Source: Ancylonema sp. (Eukaryota). Taken from it: 64,000 nt of DNA. Numbering within the stretch: the stretch's first letter is position 1; each line of letters opens with the position of its first letter. The stretch covers positions 1 to 64,000 of the forward strand of contig JBFLGF010000009.1 in NCBI GenBank assembly GCA_050230475.1. Direction: 5' to 3'. Below are positions 1-13,408 of this stretch, in pieces. The notes below the pieces were generated by a model. It was not told the DNA's origin. It worked only from the letters and a program-made list of their open reading frames with translations, and searched no databases. A program made the translations under genes and the position numbers.

Positions 1-1519
1 TACGTCGATAGGTTGATCATCAGATTTTCCTCCCAGTTCACCCACCATGGCCTCCATCACACCGATGGTCGCCTCACAGTTGAAGCCGTCGAAGTCCTCG
101 AACTGGCATAAACTCCTCTGAATTTCCGGTGCCGCCTGCCGATTTGCACATCGCTTGAAGGTGGCCGGTTTTGCCGCACTTGCGACACGACTCGTCCTTC
201 TTAGGACAGTTCGGCTTGATGTGGCCCTTCTGCCCGCAGCAGTAGCAACTGACGTCCCCGCCGCGTGCTCCGCTGCCCTGCTTGTCGTTCTTGTCGCGAT
301 CGCGTCCGCCGTTCTTCTTGTCACCTCGACCAGAATACTTCCCACTAGATTTGTCGTACTGTTTGGAGCCTCCCCAGGTTGTTGAACTTTGACCCCAGTT
401 GACTTCATCTTCAGCACGATTTCTTGCCCGGACTTGGTCTTCGATCCGCCATTGGACTTCTGAAATTCGGAGTCGATGCCGGGTCCGGTTTTGTCGCCAC
501 GGGCGCCAACAGGTAGTTTTGCTTCAGAAACTGGTACTGGTCCGCCGGTCGTCCAATTAGCATCCGCGTCTTCATATTTTCATCGACGGTGACTCCCTGA
601 TCCAGGCAGGTTGTCAGGAGCGTTTCGAATCGCTCAATCGTCTTGTTGGCGGTCTCGGCTTCTTTGTGCGTGAAGTCGAGGAACTTCATGAACGCCGATT
701 CCGTCGGATCGACGCTCGAATTTTTCGCGGAGTCGTGTCCAAATTGCCACTGGATCTTCGTCGACCGCCTGCACCGTGTGCAATTCGTCGTCGGTGATTG
801 ACGTGATCAGGACCGCGGGCCCCAAGATCGCCTGGCCGCAACAACTGCGGCTTGCGTGGGACGTGATCAGGACCACGGCCGCTCGATCGTTTCGTTTATC
901 CCAAGATCGCCTGGCCGCAACAGCTGCGGCTTGCGTGGGTGCGTCACAGCCAGGTGGCCCGGGTGCCGGCGGCTGTAAGTCGACGCCCGACACGCGTTGC
1001 CAACAATCCATCACTTTCAATTGGGCCTTCAATTTCGTTGACCATGCACGATAAGTGCTTTTCATTAAAATAGCCACGGGTCGCGCCCCTTCGGCTGTGA
1101 TACCACTGATACTAGCTGGGTCTGCCATTAGCCCGATCACTCAAACTGGGTTTTTACTTCTTAAGTGCAAAGTGTCATGCTGAACAAAATGCACATGTTG
1201 TAACAAGAGTACACATTACCCCACAACGAAAACGTATGAATAACAACGTAATGTTAAGTGCGAGTTAATGAATAATTGTCCCAATGTCTTTCCTATATAC
1301 TTCAAATCTCATCAAGGAATCTATATCGCGAACCATTGTCTCAAACACTAAGTACTGTATCAAACAAACCGATGTTCACTAATGGTCACGCGTCTTTACG
1401 GAAACGGCTGAAACTAAAACGATTCAGATAACTAACGTTCGCTAAAGGTCACACATCATTCTGACTACGGCTGGAACTAAAAACGATTCAGATTACAACC
1501 GGTTATCCGGAATCCAACA
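1..1519 (-). mobile_element. Ty1/copia LTR retrotransposon, 5' part (putative LTR ~1519-1107, PBS, frameshifted gag); runs off the window start
   Basis: Copia gag N-terminus MADPASISGITAE..TYRAWSTKLKAQLKVMDCW. Two CCHC knuckles (CYCCGQKGHIKPNC, CRKCGKTGHLQAMC) at ~150-250. Met-tRNA-type PBS with one mismatch, TGGTATCACAGCC (1105-1093), follows a CA end. TGTTG start at 1519 and TATA-like motif near 1295. The upstream LTR boundary is uncertain. Confidence 0.85.
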
Positions 1520-1718
1520 GGAACCTGGGTATAAAATTACGCATGTCATAAATTTCGTTGTTTTTAATTAGAGTTGTCATAAATAATTTGTTAGAGCATA
1601 AGCAACAACAACATCAGTAGTAGAATAAGTTGTTCAAGCAGCACCAATCGCAATAGCGGCACCCACACCAGCACCAGCATGAGCACTAGCACCAACAAGA
1701 GCACTTACACCAGCATCG

Positions 1719-2088
1719 TTAAGCCTCTCAAACGCAGCGAGCTTCGCCATTATAGTCGCTTCTTTTCCCTCCGCGAAACAAGAGGCGTTCATGATGCAGG
1801 TCATGAGCACCTCTCAATATCATCTATGATTGGTTCTACATCGAACATGGCAGTTATCGTGGTCGATGGTGCAGTTGCAAAACCTTAATATGGAGGTGAA
1901 AGAGATCTTAGCTCCCTTTTAGACATTGTACAAGGTGTGTTGTTGTCAATGCAATTTGACAACAACACACCGTCAATCATAGATGATATTTGAGAGGTGC
2001 TCATGACCTGCATCATGAACGCCTCTTGTTTCGCGGAGGGGAAAAAAGCGGCTATAATGGCGAAGCTCGCTGCGTTTGAAAGGCTTAA
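1719..2088. repeat. Long inverted repeat, ~114-bp arms (1719-1832 / 1974-2088) with ~140-bp spacer
   Basis: The arms are near-exact reverse complements. The ORF track shows the same peptide (KRSELRHYSRFF..LRETRGVHDAGHEHLS) on both strands. Confidence 0.9.
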
Positions 2089-2490
2089 TAATTCCTTTAA
2101 GATCGACTTGGAAAATGAAGACAATGAGAACATCAAAGATCAAGTAGGCAACAGCTCCACTCTTCATTTAAAATGTTTCTTCACAAAACAAGAAGTCGAC
2201 GTTGTCATATGTTGTTTTTGCAGCTTAGAGCAGGTCACCGAAATGTGAAGTCGGAGCTTGTTACCATGCATCAAACAAGAGACGACCTTCATCAATTCAG
2301 GTACTATTATTGGTTGTCAACAGATCGGTGATGTGTCTTGATACACGTTCACCTTAAACAACGCTTAGAAGCGGAATCATGGCGTTACAACCGTGAATAG
2401 GCGTATTATATGTGATAGCTATTATGCTTAGACACGTCAATAGCATACTTGACCGTTCAAGAGGGCTTATCATAATACGTGGCTACCATA

Positions 2491-2972
2491 TGAAGCTAGG
2501 GCAATCACTAATAGCCTTAGAGCGAGGTTCGTACTAGTGAGTAGGCTTTGTTTATAAAGAGACTTCACTTAGCTCGTTATAACGCGAACTCGTTATAACG
2601 CGAACGGATACTCATCATTTGTTATACATGAAATACAGTTATTGCATTGACCGAGTGCATTGCTAGGTTGACTAGCGCGAGCTTTCGTATCTTTCATATG
2701 ACATGGAGAAGTTGGGTAGTTGTATCACATGACAGGGAGAAGTTGAGTTAGTTATTTGGCTAGGCCGCATTGTTTGTGCAACGTCCACTTCCGTTGATCT
2801 AGTTTTGATACTAGTATGCACTTCAGTCACAATTAAGCTAATTCATATTGGTGCAATAAACTTGTCATCGCGTTTTGTGCCATGTGTGTTGTGATGGTTG
2901 TATTTATGCAACGAGGAATTGAATCTTCTCTAGAAAAGTATTTCGCAGTCCAGTATGGCTGACGGAATTTCA
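2491..2972 (+). repeat. 5' LTR (TGAA...TTCA)
   Basis: Direct repeat of 7534-7994 and immediately followed by the PBS. Confidence 0.93.
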
Positions 2973-5900
2973 TTGGTATCAGAGCCGAAGAAGGCTATCA
3001 GAAGCCTCGTCTTATTTTGAAGGACGGAAATTACAGATACTGGAGCACCGTCATCGAGCCAATGTTACGGGAGAAGAAAGTCTGGGGTCACGTTCAGGGA
3101 ACTGTGCCTATACCAGGACCAATTCTAGTACTCGGAACAGGCGCCATGCCAGGTGTCCCCGCTGTACCCGAGATTGTCGCCGCGATGGGCGTAGCCGCAG
3201 GTCCCGCCGTTCCCGCCGTAGCAGCAAACACTGGCGTGACACAGGCGCAGGTCGACGCTTCTCGCGTGGCCCACGATCAGTACTCCGTCAACGAGGCGAG
3301 AGCTAATTCCATGATTCTTCTTACGTTGGATCCGAAGGACGTCATGACCCTGATAGCGTACGTCACGGCAGCCAGCAAGTGGGCTAAGCTCGCCGCAGAC
3401 CACGTGTCAATCACGGCGTCGAAGGGAATCAACGCAAACCATAAGTTCCAGTCCTTCGTCTTCATTCCAAGTGAAACAGTGTATCAGACCAGGCAACGCT
3501 TCGACGGTCTGGTTACAAAATGTGCGCTACAGGGAATCGCTATTTCCGAAATGTTGAAAACTACGGTGCTTCTAACGCACCCGACCGAGAGGTGGAAGAA
3601 TTTTATTGACTCTATCTCCACTTCAGATCCCCCTCCCGACGACAGCGACAATATTTCAGCAGATGATAATATTGGCGGAAAAGTGGGAGGCCCGAGACGA
3701 GAAAGAGCACACCGAAGCGAATTTCGCGGACTTCAAGCGGCGGAACAGACAGCCACCGACAGGTGGCCAGAGACGTGTACAGGGCCTCAGCAGCAGCAGC
3801 CGAGACGAGATACTCTCAGCCAGGATCAGCGAACCCATGCTTCTGTTGCGGAAGTGTCTTCATTTATTTTCGAAATGCCCGAAAAAGGACCTCACTTGCA
3901 ACATTTGCAAAAAGAGGGGTCATCTGGCCCACATGTGCAACAGTGGAGGCGGTCAGTCGTCAGCTACGACGAACAAGGCAACAATCGATCAGCCTTCAAC
4001 TTCAGGGGGCAAGCCAAAGAAAGTTGAGTTTGCGGGGGGGACCAAAAAGGCATCTGCTCTTAAACATGCTCATGAGGCCATGGCCGCGGAAATTGTTGAA
4101 GTAGAGGCAGGAGAAGTTTGCAATGTTTCAAATAATGAGTGGTTGGCTGATAGTGGAGCAAGCAGGCATATATGCAATGATATGCGAATGCTGTGGGATG
4201 TCAGGCAGCTGCCAGAGCCCATTATAGTGAGGCAGCTAGTGGGGGAAGTCCCAGTGACGCAAAGTGGTACAGTGAAAATTCAGTGTGAGAATGAAAAAGG
4301 AGAGGTGGTACAAATTAACCTTCATGATGCTCTGTTTGTCCCTGACCTTAGGGTCAACTTGTTCAGTATTCAGAGAATGAGACAGGCCAGTATTAGGTTA
4401 GAGTATTCATCAGAGATTGGCAAAATTTGGATGCTTAACAAGTCAGGAAAATCATATCGGAAGCTTAGACCGAGAGCTATCTAGGAAAGACCAACTCTGA
4501 ATTGCCGCACTCTTCTATACGACCCGGCTGACCTACAATTTTCTACCCTACACTTCTGATGCAGGACCAGGTGCAACAGAAGCCGCCGCGGGAGCAGGCT
4601 GCCTGCAGCTGCTGACGTCAACAGGGGACTTATCAGCTGCCGCCCCCTGCTCCCTCCGTTGCGGCAGATTCTGTCGTAACCGAGGCCGCTTCAGAAGTAC
4701 CTGGTCAACCTGCGGAAGTCTACTCTGCCATACAACTCGACCTTCTACATCGTCGTACTGGCCATGCTGCTCTGTCTACTCTACATCAACTATCTAGAGG
4801 AGGCCATGTCCGCGGACTCGAAGGCGGGACAACCGGAGAGCTTCGCACGTGCCGGGGTTGCATGTTCGGCAAACCTCTCTCCAAGCCGCATCCGTCGAAG
4901 AATCCCGCCTTCAGGGCAGATGCGCCGCTGCAGCTCGTCCATGCTGACCTGGCAGGCCCCATAAAACCAGCTTCGTGGGGAGGGTCACGCTACCTTTTCG
5001 TGTTGACATACGATTTCTCGCGGAAGTCGTGGGTCGTCTTGCTGGCGCAGAAGTCCGATGTGGAGATGCGCCTCAAGCAGTGGATTTCGCAGACTGAGCG
5101 AGAGTGCGAGTGTAAACTTGGGCGTCTGCGGACCGACAATGGCGGAGAATTTACGCAGCAGTCGCTGAAGGACTGGCTGGCGCAACGAGGCGTCACCCAA
5201 GAATTCACTCCGCCGAGGTCCCCGCAGAGCAACAGGGTTGCCGAACGAATGAACCGCACACTGCAAGACAAGTCGAGATCCATGATGGCGCAAACCGGAC
5301 TACGGGGGGGCAGCTGGGGTGAAGTCTTCCTCGCAGCCTCGTACCTTCGCAACCGCGGGCCGGTGTCAAATCAGAAACTTACCCCACAGGAACTATGGAC
5401 GGGGCGCAAGCCCTTGATTGCCCATTTTCGCTCTTTCGGCTGCAAGGTCTATGTTCCGCTCATCAAAGGGATGCGGGGCGGGAAGCTGGGCGAGGTTCGG
5501 AGGGAAGGTGTGCTGATTGGCTATTCGACACCAGCCCGTCATATCGGGTATGGGACCCGGTAAAAGGGTGAAGGTGCTAAATGCCTGGTGGATGCGAGTT
5601 TCGACGAGGAGGTTGGACCAGGGTGGTGGCTTGGGGCTAGAGAGGCTGGTGCCGGGATCAAATCTGAGGATGGGGATGTCCAGTTTCCCGACTTAGAGCC
5701 ATCCGCAGGGGAGGACGGACATCCCTTCCCGCCAGTTCTGCCCCGTCCCCCTCCTCCTCCTCTCCCTCTCTCAGATGTAGCAGATGAAGATGAGCTGCCG
5801 CCACTCGTCGAAGAGAACTCAGATGATGAGGGGGGTGACGACGACGATAGTGACACACCCGACCCTCCTCCGCGGCGAAGCAACCGCTCCAACCGTGGGG

Positions 5901-7500
5901 TGCCACCGCTTCGCTACGACGACGCCTATGCGGCCGCAATCGACCTCCTCAGGTGTCCCGCAACGGTGAAAGAGGCCTTAGAGATCAGGCTGAGTGGGCT
6001 GCAGCCATGGATAAGGAACTGGAGTCCTTGTGGCAAAACAAGGTGTACATCGAGGTACGTCCGCCCGGGAAGAAGGTCATAGGTAGCAAGTGGGTGCTAC
6101 GCATCAAGACCGCAGAGGGCAAGGTTGATAAATTCAAGGCTAGGGTAGTAGCAAAAGGTTTTCGACAGATCGAGGGGGTCGACTATGGTGACACTTTTGC
6201 TCCTACGGTCCGCCTTCGAGAGCATTCGGAGCCTCATTGCCATGAGAGTCGCCGAAGGATGGAACTTCGACCAAATGGATGTTTCACCGCAGTCCTCTAC
6301 GCCGAGCTTGAGGAGAGACCTATGTGGAGGTCCCGAGGGGATCTCTGGTGTGGAGGGCATGGTGTGGAAGCTCTCAAGTGTCTCTACGGGCTCAAGAAAT
6401 CGCCGCGAATGTGGAACCAAACAATCGACAAGGTCTCTTAGAGTATAGGCTTTGTTCGCTTCAAATCTGACCATGGAGTGTACGTCTTTGAGTGGGGGAC
6501 GGAAGAGTCTTCATCGCATATGTCGATGACTTGCTTATATGGAATAGGGAAGTACTCAACCATGTTAAAAGTCCAAGAAAAATTCGACATGAAGGACCTA
6601 GGAGTAGCCTCTTTTCTCTTGGGGATAGAGTTGAGGAAGAAAGATGGAGGAGATCTCTTTATGGTACAAGAGAAGTACGCTCTCGAGGTGGTGAGGAAAT
6701 TTTGGATGACTGAGAGCAACAAGGTTGCATCAACACCATTTGAGCCGGGAAGTGGTGTCTTGGGGATAGAGGGAGGTCCTAAAGATGAAGAAGAGAGAGA
6801 TACAATGTTGGGAGTCCCTTATCGGTCACTTGTCGGAAGTCTCATGTACTTGGCTGTTTTTGCATGTGTTTGCACACTCGCCCCCGGAGATATTGCCATG
6901 GGGGTGTCCACCCTTAGTCGCTTTTGCCAGGACCCGGGGCTAGAGCATTGGGAGGCCGCTAAGAGACTACTTCGCTATGTACAGGGGAGTGCCGGAGTAG
7001 GGCTTCTCTACGCGTACGGTGAGTATGTTGCACTATGGGGATATAGTGATGCCAGCTACGGCAACGATTCAGAGACAAAGAGGGGTAGATCTGGATTCGT
7101 CATGATGAGTGGGGGGGCTTTAGTTGGGGTAGCAAGCTCCAAGAAATAGTTGCTTTAAGTAGCACCGAGGCCGAATGAATACCTCACGCATGCGGCCCAA
7201 GAGGCTTTTTACTTGTCGCAACTCCAATCTGAAATGGGTGTCGTTGGGGATGGGCATGGGGTGCTTCTCTTGTGTGACAATCAGTCTTCCATTAAGATTG
7301 CACAAAATCCAGTCTTCCGCAAGAGAAGCAAGCACATTGCCATACGCTACCACTTCATTCGCGAAAGGGTAGAGAGTGGTGAGATCATGCTCCAATTTGT
7401 TCGCACTAAGGAGATGGCTGGCTGCCGACCAACTCACTCAGCATGTAGGCTTGCCAAGTGTTCTTGATGGGGAAAGGACCTCATGGGTATGATTAGTGGC
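2955..7500 (+). pseudogene. Copia gag-pol polyprotein broken by many frameshifts
   Basis: Conserved domains are spread over ORF fragments 3017-4027, 3606-4484, 4862-5563, 5588-6082, 5953-6441, 6492-6713, 6478-7149 and 7213-7467. Confidence 0.9.
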
Positions 7501-7533
7501 TTAGCTAAGGTCATTAGTGCTTGCGAGGGGGAT

Positions 7534-7994
7534 TGAAGCTAGGGCAATCACTAATAGCCTTAGAGCGAGGTTCGTACTAGTGAATAGGCTTTGTTTATAA
7601 AGAGACTTCACTTAGCTCGTTATAACGCGAACGGATACTCATCATTTGTTATACATGAAATATAGTAATTTCATTGACTGAGTGCATTGCTAGGTTGACT
7701 AGCGCGAGCTTTCGTATCTTTCACATGAGCTTTCGTATCTTTCATATGACATGGAGAAGTTGGGTAGTTACATGACAGGGAGAAGTTGAGTTAGTTATTT
7801 GGCTAGGCCGCATTGTTTGTGCAACGTCCACTTCCGTTGATCTAGTTTTGATACTAGTATGCACTTCAGTCACAATTAAGCTAATTCATATTGGTGCAAT
7901 AAACTTGTCATCGCGTTTTGTGCCATGTGTGTTGTGATGGTTGTATTTATGCAACGAGGAATCGAGGAATTCTAGAAAAGTATTTCGCAGTCCA
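7534..7994 (+). repeat. 3' LTR
   Basis: Follows the PPT and matches the 5' LTR apart from a few SNPs and indels. Confidence 0.92.
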
Positions 7995-8376
7995 AATTGG
8001 TATCAGAGCCGAAGTCACCATAATTATTTAATGATTATAGACCAAGGTTTTAGTTCCATAGTCTTAGCAAGAGATGTGCTAAGCCTTGAGTTAGCTAATG
8101 AGGTATTCGTACTTTGTTGGTATTACGAGAAGATACATTTCTCCATCAATATTTGGAAATAGGCGATGATAATGATTTGTTGGTAGCGCAGGATTGTTCT
8201 CCCTGTGACAAATTTTCCCTCTGAGAAGTAGTACTTAATAGTTGCAGTGTTGTGTCGGTAGAGCGGGTAGAGACGTTACTCCTCGATACTTATCTCACCT
8301 TTTGTCCCTACAGACCTTTAGTGTTTGAAGTGAGCTCCGCAATCGTTTTTGCCTACCGATACTCTGGAGTGTATGC

Positions 8377-8378
<2 letters not shown>

Positions 8379-8416
<38 letters not shown>

Positions 8417-8475
8417 GTGTGCGCGCGTGTGCGTGTGCGTGTCCGTGTGCGTGTCCGTGTGCGTGTCCGTGTGTG
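8379..8475. repeat. (GT)n plus (GTGCGT/GTCCGT)n compound microsatellite
   Basis: Directly visible. Confidence 0.95.
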
Positions 8476-9260
8476 CATTGGCAATTTAGGCAATCGAGCA
8501 TACCGTCGATCGATTCGTCGATATCGTAACCTTATCGCTAACTCTCCAGAGAACAACATAACTCACAATGATCGAGGCATAAGGAACATTCAAAAGTGCG
8601 GAGATCATTATCATTACCAAAGGTCAGTTGAGACGACAGTGTGCATTCCGAAGCAGGTGCAAAATGTCAGCCAGATAAAAGCAATGCAGGTGGAAGCTTC
8701 ATTATCTCCGAGGCACACTCTGAACCGATGATGTCAAGACCTACAAGTTTATGGAAGGCATAGTTGTCAACCATAACTAGGATCTAAGATCGTTGCGGCA
8801 CAGACTTGCTGTCCAGTGAGATAGCATCTTTCTTCCTAGCCAAGAGTTGATAACGGTCATGTCCATGGGCTATCCTCATGCGCAGAATCTATGGAAGCCA
8901 ATCAACAGCACTTGCCGTACACTTGTCTATGGCGTCTTCCAAGTACCACTAGCACCACTAACCATATAGCTAAGCAACATCTTTTGCCAACCACTCCCAA
9001 TTGTGCGCGAGTGGCTCCACAAGCATCGCCAATTGCCCCTCCACATGTCTTTCGGACATTACATTGGTCTTATCAGGCGTTGCTAAAGACGACTCTTCCA
9101 TGACAACAAATAACACGCTATATCACGAAACGATGTACGCCTTGCTAGGCACATTTACTAGTGCACGCACCAAACAACCATACAGGCACACGATCGTATA
9201 TGGTCCGACACTAGTCTATTTTACATTAGATTGGTGTGCCCCTAAACAGTTGACCTTATT

Positions 9261-10528
9261 TCAAACTCTTTGCTCCGATAAAAGAACGAGCAATCCTTGC
9301 GGCCCCAACAAAATTTCATTTAAAAAACTCATGATAGCCACCCATATAACGGGTGCCACATCCACGCCTCCAATTGGTTGGATAAGCCGGCGGGTTGGGC
9401 CTAGGACAAACTCGGTAGGTGCGAATGCAATCACGAAAGGGAACTTGGTCTTCGGAAGCTGAGAAACAGAGATGCAGAACACACACAATTATGACATATT
9501 ACGACAATGATAAAACATCACGACATATGTGAGATGGCTCCCCGTTATTTATTTTGCTACGATTACTACTTGTTCTATTCAATCGACAACGGGTTCAGAA
9601 ACTTTTTCGGATCTTGAATATTTACGTCTAAATAAACTCATTGTAGTTTCAAAACTTACATCCGTAGCATTCTGACGGTGCTGATCCACATATTTTCATC
9701 ATTTGTATGCATTGAGACAGTCTTTTTTATGTGAGCCAGAAATCATTCCAACTCTAATCCCACAACCCACAACCCACAACCCAGAGCTGTAATCTTCTCA
9801 TCGATTTTATGTTATTCCAGTACCAATCATGAATCCGAATACCAAAAAGGAAGAGTTGTTGACCTGGGGATACCACGACATGACGATGCGGATGATGAAC
9901 AGAAAGTTGAGGGAGGACAGGAAAGGGCCAAGAACGGCTGAGACTGACTTGGCGCTGGCAGGATCTAGGTCTGCCAGCTGGAGGACAGGATTTGCCGCCA
10001 GGTCAGCAACAGAAATCCCTGAAGCCGCGAGGGGGAGGATGAGCCCTATACCTGAAAGATGGCGTTTTCCGACAAAACCCCTTTCAAAAAAATAACATTG
10101 AGCACATAAGTCTGCGTAGCCGAATTTGATTTTCTGTAGTGTGGAAGTTCCTGAAATGCGTTGATTTCCAGATATATATATATACAAGTATTTTGTTTTT
10201 TTCTCTTCGGTGTCAATGGGTGGTGATTCAATTACCCGCCAAGGCTCCATAATCCGCTAATTCAGGGCCTAAGGAGGCCCTGGCTTTGGAACAGCTCCTT
10301 GACTTAAGGGGCGCAGGGGAGGGTGATCGCAATGGGTTGGCAGTGAATTGGGAGGCGAGGGTAGGATGGGCAGCTGGTCGGTAAAGCGATGTGGAGTGCA
10401 ACCTGGGAAAGAGGGGTATGGGAGGGAGGTGTACTTGAAGGTGTGTGACGTATGTCAGGAGCGGTCCTGACCACAGATGCACTCCTGCAGATGCAGAGAG
10501 AATGTGTGGATTCTTGCACTTCGCACAT
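9261..10528 (-). CDS. CCB3: CCB3 / YGGT-family chloroplast protein (cytochrome b6 heme ci assembly). Exons ~10484-10236, 10051-9864, 9458-9261; 5' end uncertain
   Basis: LADLDPASAKSVSAVLGPFLSSLNFLFIIRIVMSWYPQ|LPKTKFPFVIAFAPTE..GGVDVAPVIW..EILLGPQGLLVLLSEQ. GT-AG introns are in phase and the N-terminus is S/P/R-rich like a transit peptide. Confidence 0.88.
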
Positions 10529-12037
10529 TGGATTGTGAAAGATAGAAATTGAAATTGATTTGGAAGAAAGCGTGGATCTGGACTATGGAGGCAGGCCTGA
10601 GGGGAAAGCGATAAGTGTAGAAGGGAAAGGAAGCGGGAACGTAAGTGGTAAATTCGAAGCGTTTGGATTGAAGGAAATGGAGTGATGCTTCTATCTGCAC
10701 TTCACACCAGCATTCCACCACGGATGGACATAAAGCACCTTTCGTAACTGTATTTACTTGTTCTGTTTTCTTTATTTATTGATTTCCAAATTATTTACAT
10801 TTCCTCCGAGGGGCTTACCGGGACTTCCAGCTGCCGCCTGAAAATTCCAAATTTGCCACGTGGTATCGATGGCCATGCCGCTGCAAAAATATTGACGAGG
10901 GTTGTGCCTTCACAAGAGAGGAAGTCAGAGTTCACTGTTAGACGTTGATTTCGGTTCCTTCTTTATTGAAGATTCGCTGAGCCAGCTCGAAGTCATGAAG
11001 GCCCGAGAAAACAGCCCGGATATGAAGGCATTTAACACTGACTGGTTTGGAATGATTGTGAGCTTCGATTTCCCGCTTACCAGAACAGTCGAGCTAACGG
11101 CAGTGGCCATGGATCAGCGCAAAAGTAGGGCAAGACCTCGTATATCAGACCAATTACTCAGATTATTGCGTGATAGATTGATTCCTGATAATGACGTGTC
11201 AGCACTATGTCGTATTCAAAACGTCAGCTCCTTGCTATATCACCGCTGAAAACTTCTGGCGGTAGATCTGCTGGCAGCGACTGTGGCAATATACCGTCGC
11301 GGAAGAAGGTTTCGCATTCTGGTTTTCGCCAAAATACGCAGAATATGGCGCTACGAAAAATTGGCACATATGAACTTCCGCCTCCCGCTTCGAGTTGTGG
11401 CTAGGGAAGCGAGTGAGGCGACGCAATAAAGATTATGGCGTTACATATCCGGCGCAAAGTACTGGAGACGTGACGGATTCAGAGCACCTGTTCAACTATG
11501 GCCTGAATTTCCCGCTCGACACGACTGAGTAGGCTATCAAGAGACCTGCCCCTCGCCTGACGCCATACAGCAGTCAAAAGAAGAGAATTGAATTGTATTT
11601 TCCGTGAACAGATAGTGGCTTGGGAGCACTGCCACTCCTGATATTCTGCTCGGAACCCAGTGATTCAAGACTGTTTCGGGTACTTTTATTTAACTCCAAC
11701 ACTTTTGTCAACTGCCTCTTCCCGTTGTTCTTATGCTCCATTGTCGCATTTTTCCTTCGCCACATACGGCCTTCCAAGTCAGAACACAGCGTCAGCCGCA
11801 TTGTGCGCATCTGCACCACAGTGGAGGCCGAAGAACAGCAATGGCATCTGCAGAGGTGATGTATTTTAAATTCAGAGCCCTAAAGGCAGAAGAAAATCTA
11901 CGAACGGCTCGACGAATCATCAGCAATGTATATCAGCCGTCAGATATAGACACGGGTCGGCTTGTCAGCGGGTGATGCTATAACCAGCCGTGTGGTGTAT
12001 GGTCACGTAACAAAATCATCAATTGATTTCAGATGTC

Positions 12038-12610
12038 ATGGCGCAGGTTAAAAAGTCTGCGGAATCAAAGCCCTTTTTGGGCGATCTGGGAGTTCGAAAG
12101 AATTTCTTAGAGGCTGTGAGTCCCCACTGTCACCCGCAAACCTCCTCAAGAGACCTCTGAATAACTGCCAGAGGTAGTGATGCTGATGACGACAACAATC
12201 GAAGTGAAGAAAAATAAACAGAAAAAAAAATCGCGCCTAGGTTAAGAGAATCAATTTATATGATAATAGTCATAATAATACAAAGACATATTAATTATAT
12301 TAAAAATATTAACAGCAGTGGTTAAAATGAATGATTCGGTTACATACACACACAAATAATAATGATATTGATATTCATGGTACTCATGATGCCATTCCCT
12401 CTAGCTTTGCACTCAAATTTTCAAATCATTATTATTTTAGAAAATGGTGATAGTAGTGAATATAAGGTGTATAGTAATAATAATAATATTAATAGTGTAC
12501 ATTGTATGGGTAACTCTGACCATGGCTCCGTTGATTAAATATGATAATGATGATATTTCATACCATCAAAGCAGACGATGGTGATCATGGAGTCTATTTC
12601 AATATATATG

Positions 12611-12648
<38 letters not shown>

Positions 12649-12688
12649 TACATGTATATATGTATATATGTATGTATGTACATATGTA

Positions 12689-12741
<53 letters not shown>

Positions 12742-12858
12742 ACACATACACATCACGATATACATATATGTGTATGTATATATGTATATATGTATATATG
12801 TATATATGTATATATGTGTATGTATATATGTATATATGTAAATATGTGTATATGTATA

Positions 12859-12904
<46 letters not shown>

Positions 12905-12944
12905 TACATGTATATATGTATATATGTATGTATGTACATATGTA

Positions 12945-12995
<51 letters not shown>

Positions 12996-13008
12996 GCATA
13001 TATGTTTA

Positions 13009-13042
<34 letters not shown>

Positions 13043-13107
13043 CATATGTGTATATATAAATGCATATGTATATATATGTATATACATATACATACATATA
13101 TGTACAC

Positions 13108-13149
<42 letters not shown>

Positions 13150-13171
13150 ATATATATACATATATATATAC

Positions 13172-13215
<44 letters not shown>

Positions 13216-13336
13216 ATATGTGTATATATAAATACATATGTATATATATGTATATACATATACATACATATATGTACACATATATACATATGTATATATA
13301 TATACATATATATATTTATATGTATATATATATATT

Positions 13337-13368
<32 letters not shown>

Positions 13369-13370
13369 TA

Positions 13371-13408
<38 letters not shown>

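Larger units (their letters stand above)
2491..8017 (+). mobile_element. Full-length but frameshifted Ty1/copia LTR retrotransposon with 5-bp TSD CCATA
   Basis: LTRs at 2491-2972 and 7534-~7994, PBS TGGTATCAGAGCC at 2974-2986, PPT GAGGGGGA at 7525-7532. Domain order is gag (CNICKKRGHLAHMC), protease (WLADSGASRH), integrase (VHADLAGP, LRTDNGGEF, AERMNRTL), RT (KARVVAKGF, LYGLKKSPRMW, YVDDLL), RNase H (GYSDAS, CDNQSSI, RSKHIAIRYHFIRE). CCATA occurs at 2486-2490 and 8018-8022. Confidence 0.97.

Noticed and set aside
1196..1519. TGTTG...CAACA as a solo or complete LTR
   Set aside because: Flanks are not duplicated and the PBS lies at 1105, so the LTR more likely extends to 1107.
10902..11975. 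Short ORFs between CCB3 and cysteine synthase
   Set aside because: No recognisable family. A possible transit-peptide exon ending ~11855 lacks an identifiable ATG, so it was not called.
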